Positions 27,330 to 37,870 of a stretch of 64,000 nucleotides of DNA are shown piece after piece (positions within the stretch are counted from its first letter, which is position 1; each line of letters opens with the position of its first letter). Below the pieces are notes generated by a model that was not told the origin of the DNA, ran no database searches, and saw nothing but the letters and a program-made list of their open reading frames with translations. The DNA comes from the human T2T-CHM13v2.0 reference genome, Homo sapiens. The position numbers and the translations under genes are program-made. The stretch lies in assembly GCF_009914755.1 (NCBI RefSeq), contig NC_060947.1. One strand, given 5' to 3'.

Positions 27330-27400
27330 CTAAATTAAAATAAAAACAAAGTACTGCAGTCCAGTCAATACTTTTTTGTAACATAACTGCGTGCTTTATT
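27330..27400 (-). terminator. Canonical DMD polyadenylation site: AATAAA (27395-27400), cleavage near 27378, downstream U/GU-rich element
   Basis: AATAAA ~17 nt upstream of ...GTTAC|AAAAAA. TGTA motifs upstream; TTTGTTTTTATTTTAATTTAGTTGTTGT downstream. Confidence 0.92.
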
Positions 27401-28193
27401 GAGATACACAGTAAAGCAGTACTATAATACAATAGTAAGGCATATATTTGGTGAAGTCTGATATGTTGTGAAAATGCAGTAAAACTGAAGTTTAAAAAAA
27501 TAATTCGTAAATGTTACAGTGTTGGTGTTAAAACACAATATATTATGATACTCAAGTAAGAACTCAGTACCTGAAAACAATGACAAAACATGCCATGTGA
27601 TGTTTATGCTTCAGTTACATTATGATTTACAGTTTAATACTTGGTGGTTATAAAGAACACAACACGAAATAATGTCCAAATTAATTATGCTTAAAATGCA
27701 GCAATAAAGCTCTCAATTTTTGTTCAAATATTATGACAGACTCACTCCAGAGCTAATGTGTCTAAAAGAAAAACAAAAAGATTAAAACAAAATTATTTAT
27801 GCACTCTATTTACCTCTGATTTTAGAATGAAACTTACTTACTTAAACTTCTTAGTAGGATGTAAAGTAACCCCTTGTTTTAAATCTGAGTTTTAAAAATC
27901 CTTGGGTAAAGAAAAGGTCCAGCGTCACATAAAGGAAAAAAATGCAAGACAAAAACCAAATCTTCATGTAATTTGGTAATTTGTTACCTTAGAGCTTTGG
28001 GTTTTCTTTTGAAAATTATGAAGGAAAAAGAAAGAATTATAAAGGAAAAAGAAAATAACGCAATGGACAAGTGGTGAAGCTGTGAACTCAGGTGTGCACA
28101 ATTATCAGGAACACCCCAAAACCAAAGTGAGGTAGAAATAGCATGAGAAGCCGTGTTTGATGTTAATTAATTAATTATTAATAATGGACAAAA

Positions 28194-28263
28194 CCCACTC
28201 TCCAAAAGCTAATTACACTTGATGTCAGCCCACTCTCCAAAAGCTAATTACACTTGATGTCAG
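28194..28263. repeat. Perfect 35-bp tandem duplication in the 3'UTR
   Basis: CCCACTCTCCAAAAGCTAATTACACTTGATGTCAG at 28194-28228 and 28229-28263. Confidence 0.97.
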
Positions 28264-29016
28264 AGGTAACAGATTTGCAAAATTATAGGTCACACGGTGG
28301 TATCTATTGAATGAATGATTTAAAAATCAAAAAGAAATAAAATGGCATGAAAGAGTAAAGCTTTTTCCTACCAGTCCTTAGCTTTTCCTCTTGAGCTTTT
28401 CTCCTCTTTTTTGAGCAATTTTTGTTTGTTTGTTTATATATTTAACCTGTCTAATCCACCAAGAAGGGTTTTTTTGTAACATTTGAATCAATTTGCCTTC
28501 TTTCTTACTTACTTACAAACCTGTGTGGAACTACTCGCAGAGAAATGCAAAGGATGGAAACACAGTTCATGGGCTTCTGGGTTGATACCTGTCAGTATCA
28601 CAAATGTGATGGGGCTACTGTTTTACACCTTTTCCCAAAGTTTATTTATTTTAAATTATGTCTTGTGGCATTTAAAAACTCATCCCACATGGGACAATAA
28701 ATCTAAAAAAGCAACAAAAACCAAACCACCCAGTTCCTTTTGACTGTGAGAAGAGGGCATAATAATTTAGTTGTAATTACAGAGAACTTTATGTATTATG
28801 AACAATCATCCAATCCTTCACTTAAAGAGTGGCCTACTCCTTCACAGGGATGGGCTGGGAATCCATAGCCCTCCAGCCCTATCATCGTCCTGCTACTGCT
28901 TGGGAGTTAAAAAATACCTTCTGATGTTCACAAGGTCAGAATACCTTCTGATTGATTTCCACTGAAGCATCATTAAATCTAAATCGTGGCATTGCTAGCA
29001 GCAGGAAGCTGAATGT

Positions 29017-29044
29017 ATCAATCAATCAATCAATCAACCAACCA
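29017..29044. repeat. (ATCA)5(ACCA)2 tetranucleotide repeat in the 3'UTR
   Basis: Read directly. Confidence 0.9.
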
Positions 29045-29576
29045 ACCGATTACTCACTCTGATATAATAAGTCCTGTGTATTCATTCACATGTTCCCTTT
29101 AAAAAAATCCAATACTTTACTTTACTTTCGTTGTCAGTGGAAAGTTGTTTAAAATGAGAAACATCTGGAGCTGTAGACAATGTTTTAGTGTGGTGTAGTT
29201 TCCTCCTGGCTTCCGGCTCCGGGAAAAATCCATTCTAGACCAAGCAGGTAAGCCTGGATGACTGACTAGAAGTAATTTCTTTCTATTAGGATGTGACATG
29301 AACATTTAAAAAATGGAAAAAGTCAGTCTATAGAAATTCGTATCTCTTTATCTATATAACTATAGTATTTATATACTTATAGACATATAGATATATGAAA
29401 TGAAAACTCAAGCCTGCCCCACTCAGCTGACAGTTCTCAAATGAGCAGTGTGTAGTAGTCATTTGGTGTGGTGGTAGAGGAAGTCTTATCTTTAATATGC
29501 AAAAAAAGAAAAAGCCATGAATTTCATATGGATATCACGCCAAAAGGATGCAAAACAATGCGCTGCCTCAAAGTTT

Positions 29577-29608
29577 TGTGTGTGTGTGTGTATGTGTGTG
29601 TGTGTGTG
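29577..29608. repeat. (TG)7TA(TG)8 microsatellite in the 3'UTR ((CA)n on the mRNA)
   Basis: Read directly. Confidence 0.95.
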
Positions 29609-29732
29609 TTTGTTTTGTTTTTAGGGGTTTTTATAAACAACTTTTTTTTATAAAGCACACTTTAGTTTACAATCTTTCTTTATAACTGTTATAAATTTTT
29701 AAACAACCCAAAATGCGTTCCATATAAAGAAA

Positions 29733-29739
29733 TGGCAAG
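29733..29739 (-). promoter_or_regulatory. miR-31 seed match (CTTGCCA, 7mer-A1) in the 3'UTR
   Basis: Complement of the miR-31 seed GGCAAG. miR-31 repression of dystrophin via the 3'UTR is established; that this is the functional site is inference. Confidence 0.6.
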
Positions 29740-29982
29740 TTATTTAGCTATCAAGATTTTACATGTAGTTTTCTTATAACTTTTTTGTACAATTGCATAG
29801 ACGTGTAAAACCTGCCATTGTTAACAAAACAATAACAGACTTAGAAACTACTGAAATCTACAGTATAATACCACTACCCTTCACAAAAATATAGATTTAT
29901 TTCTTGTAAACTCTTACTGTCTAATCCTCTTTGTTGTATGAATATTATAAAAACCATGCGGGAATCAGGAGTTGTAAAACAT

Positions 29983-30080
29983 TTATTCTGCTCCTTCTTC
30001 ATCTGTCATGACTGATACTAAGGACTCCATCGCTCTGCCCAAATCATCTGCCATGTGGAAAAGACTTCCTACATTGTGTC
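29983..30080 (-). CDS. DMD: Alternative exon 79 frame used when exon 78 is skipped: (G)HNVGSLFHMADDLGRAMESLVSVMTDEEGAE* (31 aa, Dp71f/fetal-type C-terminus)
   Basis: Exon 77 (phase 1) joined to exon 79 reads open for 31 codons to TAA at 29983-29985. Matches the established exon-78-skipped C-terminus. Confidence 0.95.
30069..30080 (-). CDS. DMD: Dystrophin exon 79 coding part when exon 78 is included: DTM*
   Basis: Acceptor tttgttttccag|GAC ACA ATG TAG. Confidence 0.97.
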   Translation of the reverse strand, partial: DTM

Positions 30081-30526
30081 CTGGAAAACAAAGAGAAAGA
30101 AAGACAGACTTTACAAAAGGTGCAGATAGATAGCATCACTCTGTTTCTTTGCCATTTGGGAAATCATTCCCCATTTCTGGGTGAAGACAACACAGAAGCT
30201 GCATCGAGGGTGTACACAACAAGGTTTGATTTTTCACCAGTTTCCAGGAAGAAGCAAAGCCTTATTAATGAAGCCATTACACGTTGTTTGTTAGTATCAG
30301 CTTAATGTTGGATCAGGCTACTGGTGTTTACATGGAAAAATGTCAAGCTACATTCAGGTTCCCAATGTAAATATATATCAAAAGAATTCCATAGATAAGC
30401 ACAAGATTTCTATCAGAACAGGAATATTCCATGATGGGATACATCTTTTCCACCTTGGCTATGAGTGATTGATTGATTACTTACTCTCTACTTGTATTAA
30501 CGAACATTTTTTTTACTATCAATCAA

Positions 30527-30615
30527 ACCACCATCACCACCTTCACAACTACCACTACCATCACCAGCACCCAACCATCGTCACCATTATCACTGCCACC
30601 ATCACCGCCACACCA
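30527..30615. repeat. Degenerate (CAC/CAT)n low-complexity tract in intron 78
   Basis: accaccatcaccaccttcacaactaccactaccatcaccagc... Confidence 0.85.
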
Positions 30616-33600
30616 ACTTTTCATTTCAAAGCTGTTTCAGGCTGTTGGCTTGCTTCTGAGGCTATGGTGGAGGTGGCTATTTTCTCTCTGCTTTTACTTG
30701 GGTTGAAAAATAATAATAATAAACTCTTGAATTGACCTTTTGGTGCACTATTAACATTTGAATTAGGAAACCTCAGAATAAAAATTGCTTTACATTCCAA
30801 ATTACTCTAGACCCTAATTATAAGGTGACCCACATGTATTGTATGCATTTGGGTATTTTGTGAATCCATCTTAGAGCTCCTCCTAAATGAGGGTTAACTA
30901 TCACAATAGCCTTTTACTAATAATGCAGCACGACCTAGCACGAATCTCCCAGCACGGAGAAAAAGAACAGCACAATGTCCCTGGGTACTTCGTAGCAAAA
31001 TTCAGATTTAGAGTAAGATAATCTGAGACTTACTTTATGGCTTGCCTTTTCGTCTATGTCCCATAGTTTTACATGGCTAATTTTAATTATTGCACATTGG
31101 TAAATCCTTCCACTATTCAAGTATTGTCTTTGGAACTGAAATGCTTTACTAGGCTATTACTACCTTGCCATGTATCAACTTTACAGATTCCCATAATAAT
31201 TGTTAAAAATACCAATAAAAATTAAAGATATCCCAATAAAAATTAAAGCTATAGACTAGGGAGAGTATTTTGTTTTAATATTTATTTCAAGAGATATAGC
31301 TTCTCTACAAAATGAAGCGGATTCACGGGCAGGCACTTAAACAGTGATGGCACCAGATCAACTGAAGACTTACTTATTAAAAGTTTAATGTCATTCAGGC
31401 ATTTCTATTAAGGTGACCAAGTTTGTATATCTATCTTTTTGTGCTTTATTAGTGCAAAGAATTTCATGGAGTATTAATTATATTTTAGAAAATCACTTTG
31501 GATTTTGGCTGAGACTGCAAGTATAAAAATTTTTTAACAAAGCATATGCAACTATTCATAAAGTGGGCCAATAGTTTGGCAGCCCTCAGTGAAGAACTGA
31601 AATCATTTTTGGCTTTCTGTGCCATAAAAACCACAGGAAGACGACACAGTGGGGCCTTTGCTGCTCCTTAGAGCTCAGAGTACAAATATATAACTGCTGC
31701 TATCAAGTTGGAGGGCTTCCCCTGTATCTATTTTTGGCTGTCCAGCAACCCTGGGAAATCTGCATAATTATTCATGCATAAATTGAAGATAGATGGACTA
31801 ACTGCCAATTTTTAATTACTAGCGATCTTTACGGTTAACAAAATCAGTAAAAACAAAGTCCAGGACCTTTACAACATGGTGCCTGAATGTAATTCGAAGT
31901 ATTTCTCATGGCCCACATGTGACTATAGTATGTAGTCCACCTAGTAGCTAGAAAACATATTACAAAACATCAACGAAAAGGGGAGAAAACTCATTTTTTT
32001 TCCTGTCAGCTTATCGATAATCACAAAGTGTCTTTCTTTTTAGGCTGTGTGCTAGGGGATGTAGATGGCAGTTCAAAATATAATAAAACAAATAAATGCA
32101 TTTATGGATTATATAGCCAAGTGGTGCTTCTCTTCCTTGAAATGGTGTTCAGTTACTAACTGGAAGGAAAATTCTTGAGTCTCTCAAGAAGCATAAGTTC
32201 TAGGGGTATCTGCTATTTAAAGATTTGCCAGGGAAAACAGGTTCATTATTCTTAATGTGCCATGCACACTCCGACAAAAAGTTGGGTGGCCTTTAACCGG
32301 TTTACACTGCTGCATTTTCACAAATGACCTTGTGGCCATCTTTGTGCTATAAAAATAAAGAACTTTTAGAGTCACCTCATCATCTATATTATGCCTTTGG
32401 TTACTTCACTAAATACCTGCTTTACCAGAATAAATAATTCTAATTTCTTTCCATGGAGTTTTTCATTAGATCCAGAAAAAAGAAGTCAATCTCTTTTTAC
32501 AAACTACTGCCCTAAAGAATCATACTTTAATCCGTTGGAGGGGTAAGACTGCACTGTGACATGACTATAGAAAGTAGATTTGTATCCTAGTTCTATTATC
32601 CATGTGTGTAAGGCAGAGCATTCGGGAGGTCATTAATGTTACCTGACAGATTTTTCTAAAGTCAAAATTACAATCTCATACTATGAAGTATGAGAGGTAC
32701 TGAAAAGCAGCCAGGATTCAGGCATTTGCAATCACCTTCAGGCACAAGGTGACAGAAAACTATGTCTATAGAAAGTATTGATTTAATCCATTCTTAAGGA
32801 TTATTGAACACAAAGGCACTATGCCTTGAACATTAGGGCAGTTGTATGTTTTTCAAGTTGGCGCTAACTGCAACACATTTAGTCTCACACGTCACCACTG
32901 CCTGAGGGAATTGTTTTCCACAGCGATTGGAATTGAGACTTTCTGGCAAAGATCCAAGACCTCAATAGCAATCTGGTGCTCTATTTTTTAAAAATACAAT
33001 TCCCAAATAAATTGTTAGCATTCAGTTGTCCAAAGGAAAGCCGGAATACTACAGGGAAATTTGCTTATCTTTTCTTCTCTATAATTTAATCTCTGAAAAA
33101 AATCTGCTTTACGTACATTTGGGATATTTTCATAGCATTAAAAAAGGTCATTATTGTTTTGATTCTTTGGCTTCTGGAAACTTGTCTGAACACCATACAC
33201 CTCAGGTAGTCAAGTCTGCAAATGCCTATATAACTTCAATTACATGTGCTAGCCTTTTCTGAAATTCATTTGTGAGTGAAACATGTTTAAGGTGGTCAAA
33301 ATTATGGTGCATTTTTCTACAAAAAGTTAAAATGAATAAATTTTAAGGGGCACTTACCATAAGAATGAACCCAAGAAGTCTCACATACGAAGTACATGAA
33401 CCAGGCAAACCGTCAGGGGCATTCAATGCTTCACCAAGTCAGGTTTCCTCAATTTCTCCTCCCAGCCTACCATTCCCTCCCTGGCCCCACTGCCCAAAGC
33501 CTTGGAAGGAGGCACTGGCACAGACACACTGAAGAATCATTAAATTGATTAGACTTGTATGGCATGATGTTGGCAGAGTTTTCATTACGACTCCTGTGTT

Positions 33601-34059
33601 TAAATGAATCAGTGGTCTCTCCAGTCCATCCTGTTGCTAAGGAATCCAGAATCTTCTCATTTAAGAAGGACTCTCCACCCATCCAGCCTGTCTCCCAGAA
33701 CACTGTCATCCCATGGGAGAGCTTTCCTTCTCTCCTCCTTCAGATTAAATTCTTGGTAAAGACAACCTTGATTTTACTTGGGCTGTCAGTTAACACTTTG
33801 TCATCCAACAGTCACTTAATTAGGTAATTCGATATTCAGACAATATTCCTGGTGGAATAGGAGTAAGAAGCATCTTTCACCGTAAAACCTGAAACCACAT
33901 TCAGTGATAAGACTGCACCCTATCCCTTTCAACCCATAAATAGGCATTTTAAAAACCTCTCAAAACTCCAATATTTAATTTTTTAATCGAATTGGTTATT
34001 GTTCTGTGTGGCTTCAAATACCAAATAAAAAAGATCATCTTCTGAAGGGTACGTTGAGA

Positions 34060-34300
34060 TGATGTAAGCCTTTCAAATGAGAGTTAAGAGTGTGGGTCTG
34101 GAGCCAGACTGCCTGGATCCAAATCCTTGGCTCTGTCACCTGGGACACACTGCTTACTCTCTCATTGACTCAGTCTCCTTATCTGTAAAACGGGGTTAAT
34201 AAGAGTACCTACCTCACAGGTTTGTCATGAAGATGACATGATGAAAAAGATGGCAAGTGCTGAGAACAATGCTTGGCACACAGTAAGTGCTCAAAAAATG
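34060..34300 (+). mobile_element. MIR
   Basis: ggtctggagccagactgcctgg...ctcagtctccttatctgtaaaacgggg...gcttggcacacagtaagtgctcaa. Confidence 0.88.
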
Positions 34301-34791
34301 TTCGCTAAAATGGGAGAGAAAGAGCGTAGGAACCAAGAAAAAAGGAAACAAAAGCAAAATGAAGTCATCCCAGAAGAATAAAAACTAAGGGCGCTGGCAG
34401 AAAATGCTAAGGTCCTGGAAGTGGAAGAAAGCTTTATGACTCATCAGTTATGTTCAAGGCTAAATTTATTTTGAAGATTTTGTTAGTGTTGCAAATGGCA
34501 ACAGATGATGAACGGCAGGATTCCAACCTAGGGACTACAAAGGATTGCCATTTTAAAGAGATTCTTGCTCCCAACCCCAGTCTTGTCGTCATGGTGATGA
34601 CAACGGCAATGAACATTTGAGGAATGTTCCTCATGAGCTGCAAGTGGAGAGGTGACTACCATCCTTACATGATGACACAATGTGTAATACACACATGCGC
34701 GTGCACACACACAATTCTTACACAAACGCCAAACATAAAAAGCAGGATGAGACAGACAGAAGCCATGGCCGTGAGCCTGAATCTCACTAAC

Positions 34792-34823
34792 CTCTCTCAT
34801 TGGCTTTCCAGGGGTATTTCTTC
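34792..34823 (-). CDS. DMD: Dystrophin exon 78 (32 nt, alternatively spliced): (G)RNTPGKPMRE
   Basis: GAAGAAATACCCCTGGAAAGCCAATGAGAGAG lies between acceptor attaaag| and donor |gttagt. Peptide is the known dystrophin tail. Confidence 0.97.
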
Positions 34824-34874
34824 CTTTAATAATAGAGAGAGGAAGAGGCAGAGATATCAGAAAGGGAAAAAAAA

Positions 34875-34880
34875 CATGCA
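34875..34880 (-). promoter_or_regulatory. RBFOX-type UGCAUG motif ~52 nt upstream of exon 78
   Basis: TGCATG on the transcribed strand just upstream of the pyrimidine tract; function inferred. Confidence 0.45.
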
Positions 34881-37634
34881 TAAATATACAATTTCATACC
34901 AATTTGCTTCTTTTACCAAACAAATGTTGAGATGACCATTTATTCTCTGCTGGAAAAAAAAAAAAAAAAAAACAGAAACAAAAAACCCAAAAGACACATC
35001 TAGTCAAATAACCTTTACATACACTTAAGATCAGTGTAAACAGATAACATGATCCAGAAGACGTCATTTGTAAAATCCATAGAGTTCACGCATTAAACTG
35101 GATGAAAACTGGCACAGAATAGAAATCTGACAAATTGGGCATTGTTTTCAAGGACAACTCAAACTTAATGTTAAAAAAAGTCTCAGAATCTCTTCACTCT
35201 TGACAATCAGCACATTGAAACATAAACAGTAGTTGACTCTGTGTGCCCAAAGTCTGCACATCAAATGCAAGGTAGAACCCGACATAGAGGCTGGACTCCA
35301 TCCTCTTGGGAGAATTTGTTCTATCTGATAGAAGCTGAGCATTTCCATGATGAAATTGGAGGCATTTGAGAAAACAGAAAGAACAGATGAGGGGAAGAGG
35401 TAAGTCCCAGTAATGGGCAAGCCACAGAGCCAGATCCAGGAATGAGCTTTCAACTTCCTCCCCAATTCAGCAAATATCAGGAGCCTTACGAGGCAATGGC
35501 TAAAGACCCACTGGCCTTGATTCATAGATTCCTACATCTGTATGCATTTATTTGTATTTCAAAAGTAGACTCTGATGAGAAAGTGTTCTATGATAAGTCA
35601 TAATTGGACAGAAAAGTAGGGACTTCTGTCCATACATGTCAATAGCCTGTCTTGGGCATGCAATTTCCTTTAAAATCTTGGTTTTCAAACTGTTTTAACT
35701 ATAGCAATGGGACATCTCCTAAAACAATCTTATATGGAATTCCAATATTTTGAGCAGTTCAAAGCAGAGCTGTGAGAGATCCTGTACAGCATCTCCCTTT
35801 CCCCTCCACCCATCATTCTCAGTGGCTCCAAGAAGACTAAAAACTCCCTGAAACAATTTGAGAACTACTAGTCTGGAATGAAGAGGTATGGAGCTACGAC
35901 ACCAATAGAAACCTTTCAAAACTCACTCAAGGTTAGGGTTCAAAACTTCTAGTATACATTTAAGGATAGTTTCTAAGTTTTTCTTCCCTCTCTCCTTCTC
36001 TTTCTTCCCTCCCTTTCTCCTTCTCTCCCTTCCTCTCTTCCTTCTGAATTTCCTACATGACTCAGCGATTTCTTAGGAGTATCAGATTTTCAGCTTGACC
36101 ACGTAAGGGCCAGGTATTTAAGATGCTCCTCAAGCCAGGGAAAAGAGGGAGAAAAATGGGTACTAGCTCCTCAGCTGTGGGTGTCACTAGTGGGAGATCC
36201 ATACCAAATGATGTTCCCATCATTTGGGGAGGAGAACATCATTCTTTCCTTGATGGCTGAAATCCCAGTATGAATCACTCACCCCTTCTTTTTGATTCCT
36301 TTAGCAAGGTTTTTTTAAAAAAGTATCTTTATGTTTCATAATACTGTCTGGTGGCAGAATTAATTCCCTTCCCCTGTAAGACTATAAGCCTCTTGAGGAC
36401 GGGGTCCACATGTTGCTCATCCACCTCTCTATGCCCAATGCCCTGTACCGTATATACACACTTTTGGTATTTGATAAATACTGGCTGAAGTGAATTGGTA
36501 AAGTAGTAGTTGGGTCATGACCAAGAGGAGTCCTTCTGTGTTATAAGTAACTTGCCCTTCACTGGCACACTTTAGTTTGGATGCCAAAGGTGGGTAACTT
36601 GTTTCGGCATGTAACTTTGGTCTAGTTTTGAAAACTTGAGATCTTTAGGAAGGACAGTGTTGTTAGAAAGCCATGTGATTTAGAATGTAATTATGGTTAT
36701 GTACTTCAGAATGTAACGATGATTCTTTGAATGCTTAATGATACATATCTTTAGTAATTCTACACTAAGCCATATTCAGAACTCAGTTATCAATTGATTA
36801 TTTCTTAATATGTAGCAGCAAATGACTTGTGTTATGTTCCAGATCCTTCTTCAGAAACCATATTTTATGAAAATGGACCTCCCAGAGCCAAGCTAACTCT
36901 AATCTCTTCTAAAATCCTCCCTCATCACTTGGGTCCCCACGTACTCATTAACACATTACAAAAGGAAGGTCCTTTTTTTCACTTTAGAAAAAGTTAAAAA
37001 CAAATGATATTTTCTACTGTAAAAGGACTAGTTCTACGCTGACAAAACAGAGGCTACTTGATTACAACATTTTTAAAAGTTCTTGACCGATAAATAAAGT
37101 TTCAGATATGTTTCATTTTCTAAACATTTATTTTTTTTTGGAAATGAGTTTCTGTAGACCTTCAGTTACAGTGTCCATCTGGCAATGTGATGTGTTGTCA
37201 GGAAATGAATCAAGACAAAAGGGAAGTGTGCTGGGGCAGTCCTGAGTCTAAATAAAGGGCTTGGTCAGGTCCCGAGAAGTCTAATTTCCTCGGGCACTAT
37301 AAAATTGACATTATTGATTGTAATTCATTATTTTAGAGTTGGAATTGCAGGACAGTACTGTTTCTGGGTGCTTTTAGCCTCTTTTATATTAATTCACTGA
37401 CTATTTAAAATACTTAAGGAAGAATAAGTCCCTTTTTAGGATTTCTGTTATTTTATAAGTCAAAAAAATTCAAATGGCCACACTTGCAGGCTCTTTGGTG
37501 AATATGAATATAAATCTATAAATCAATTCAATTTCAGCTCAATAATCTTGTTCAGCTGAAAGTTGATCAGCACAGAAGCCTGTGACTCTATACATGTAAT
37601 GAGTCAGAATGGACAACGAAATAATAGCGTAAAG

Positions 37635-37870
37635 CAGGGATTGGCAAATTTTCCCCATAAAGGGCCAGATAGTAAATATTTCAGGCTTTGCAAGCCCACG
37701 GTCTCTGTACCAGCTATTCAGCACTGCTGCAACTACTCTGCCCTGGTAATGAGAAAGCAACTATAGGCAACATGTAAATGAATGGGTATGGCTGTGTTCC
37801 AATAAAGCTTTATAAAAACAGGTATTGGGCCAGATTTGGCATTTGGGCTGTATGTAGTTTGCTAGTCCTG
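37635..37870 (+). mobile_element. MER58A-like hAT MITE
   Basis: cagggattggcaaa...aagggccagatagtaaatattt...tagtttgctagtcctg inverted termini. Confidence 0.85.

Larger units (their letters stand above)
27378..30068 (-). other. DMD: DMD 3'UTR (exon 79 totals ~2703 nt, 30080 to ~27378)
   Basis: AT-rich sequence with no recognisable interspersed repeats, running from the stop codon to AATAAAGCACGCAGTTATGTTAC, recognised as the mRNA end. Confidence 0.93.

Noticed and set aside
27703-27708. Plus-strand AATAAA as the end of an antisense RNA over the 3'UTR
   Set aside because: Such hexamers are expected by chance in this AT-rich region, and no promoter or exon support is visible in the sequence.
28194-28263. 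CRISPR-like direct repeat
   Set aside because: Only two adjacent copies, no spacer, and in a eukaryotic 3'UTR.
30469-30735. His/Thr-rich ORFs
   Set aside because: Translation of a (CAC)n low-complexity tract.
31212-31252. Duplicated CCAATAAAAATTAAAG as paired poly(A) signals
   Set aside because: On the strand antisense to DMD in an AT-rich intron; simple local slippage is sufficient.
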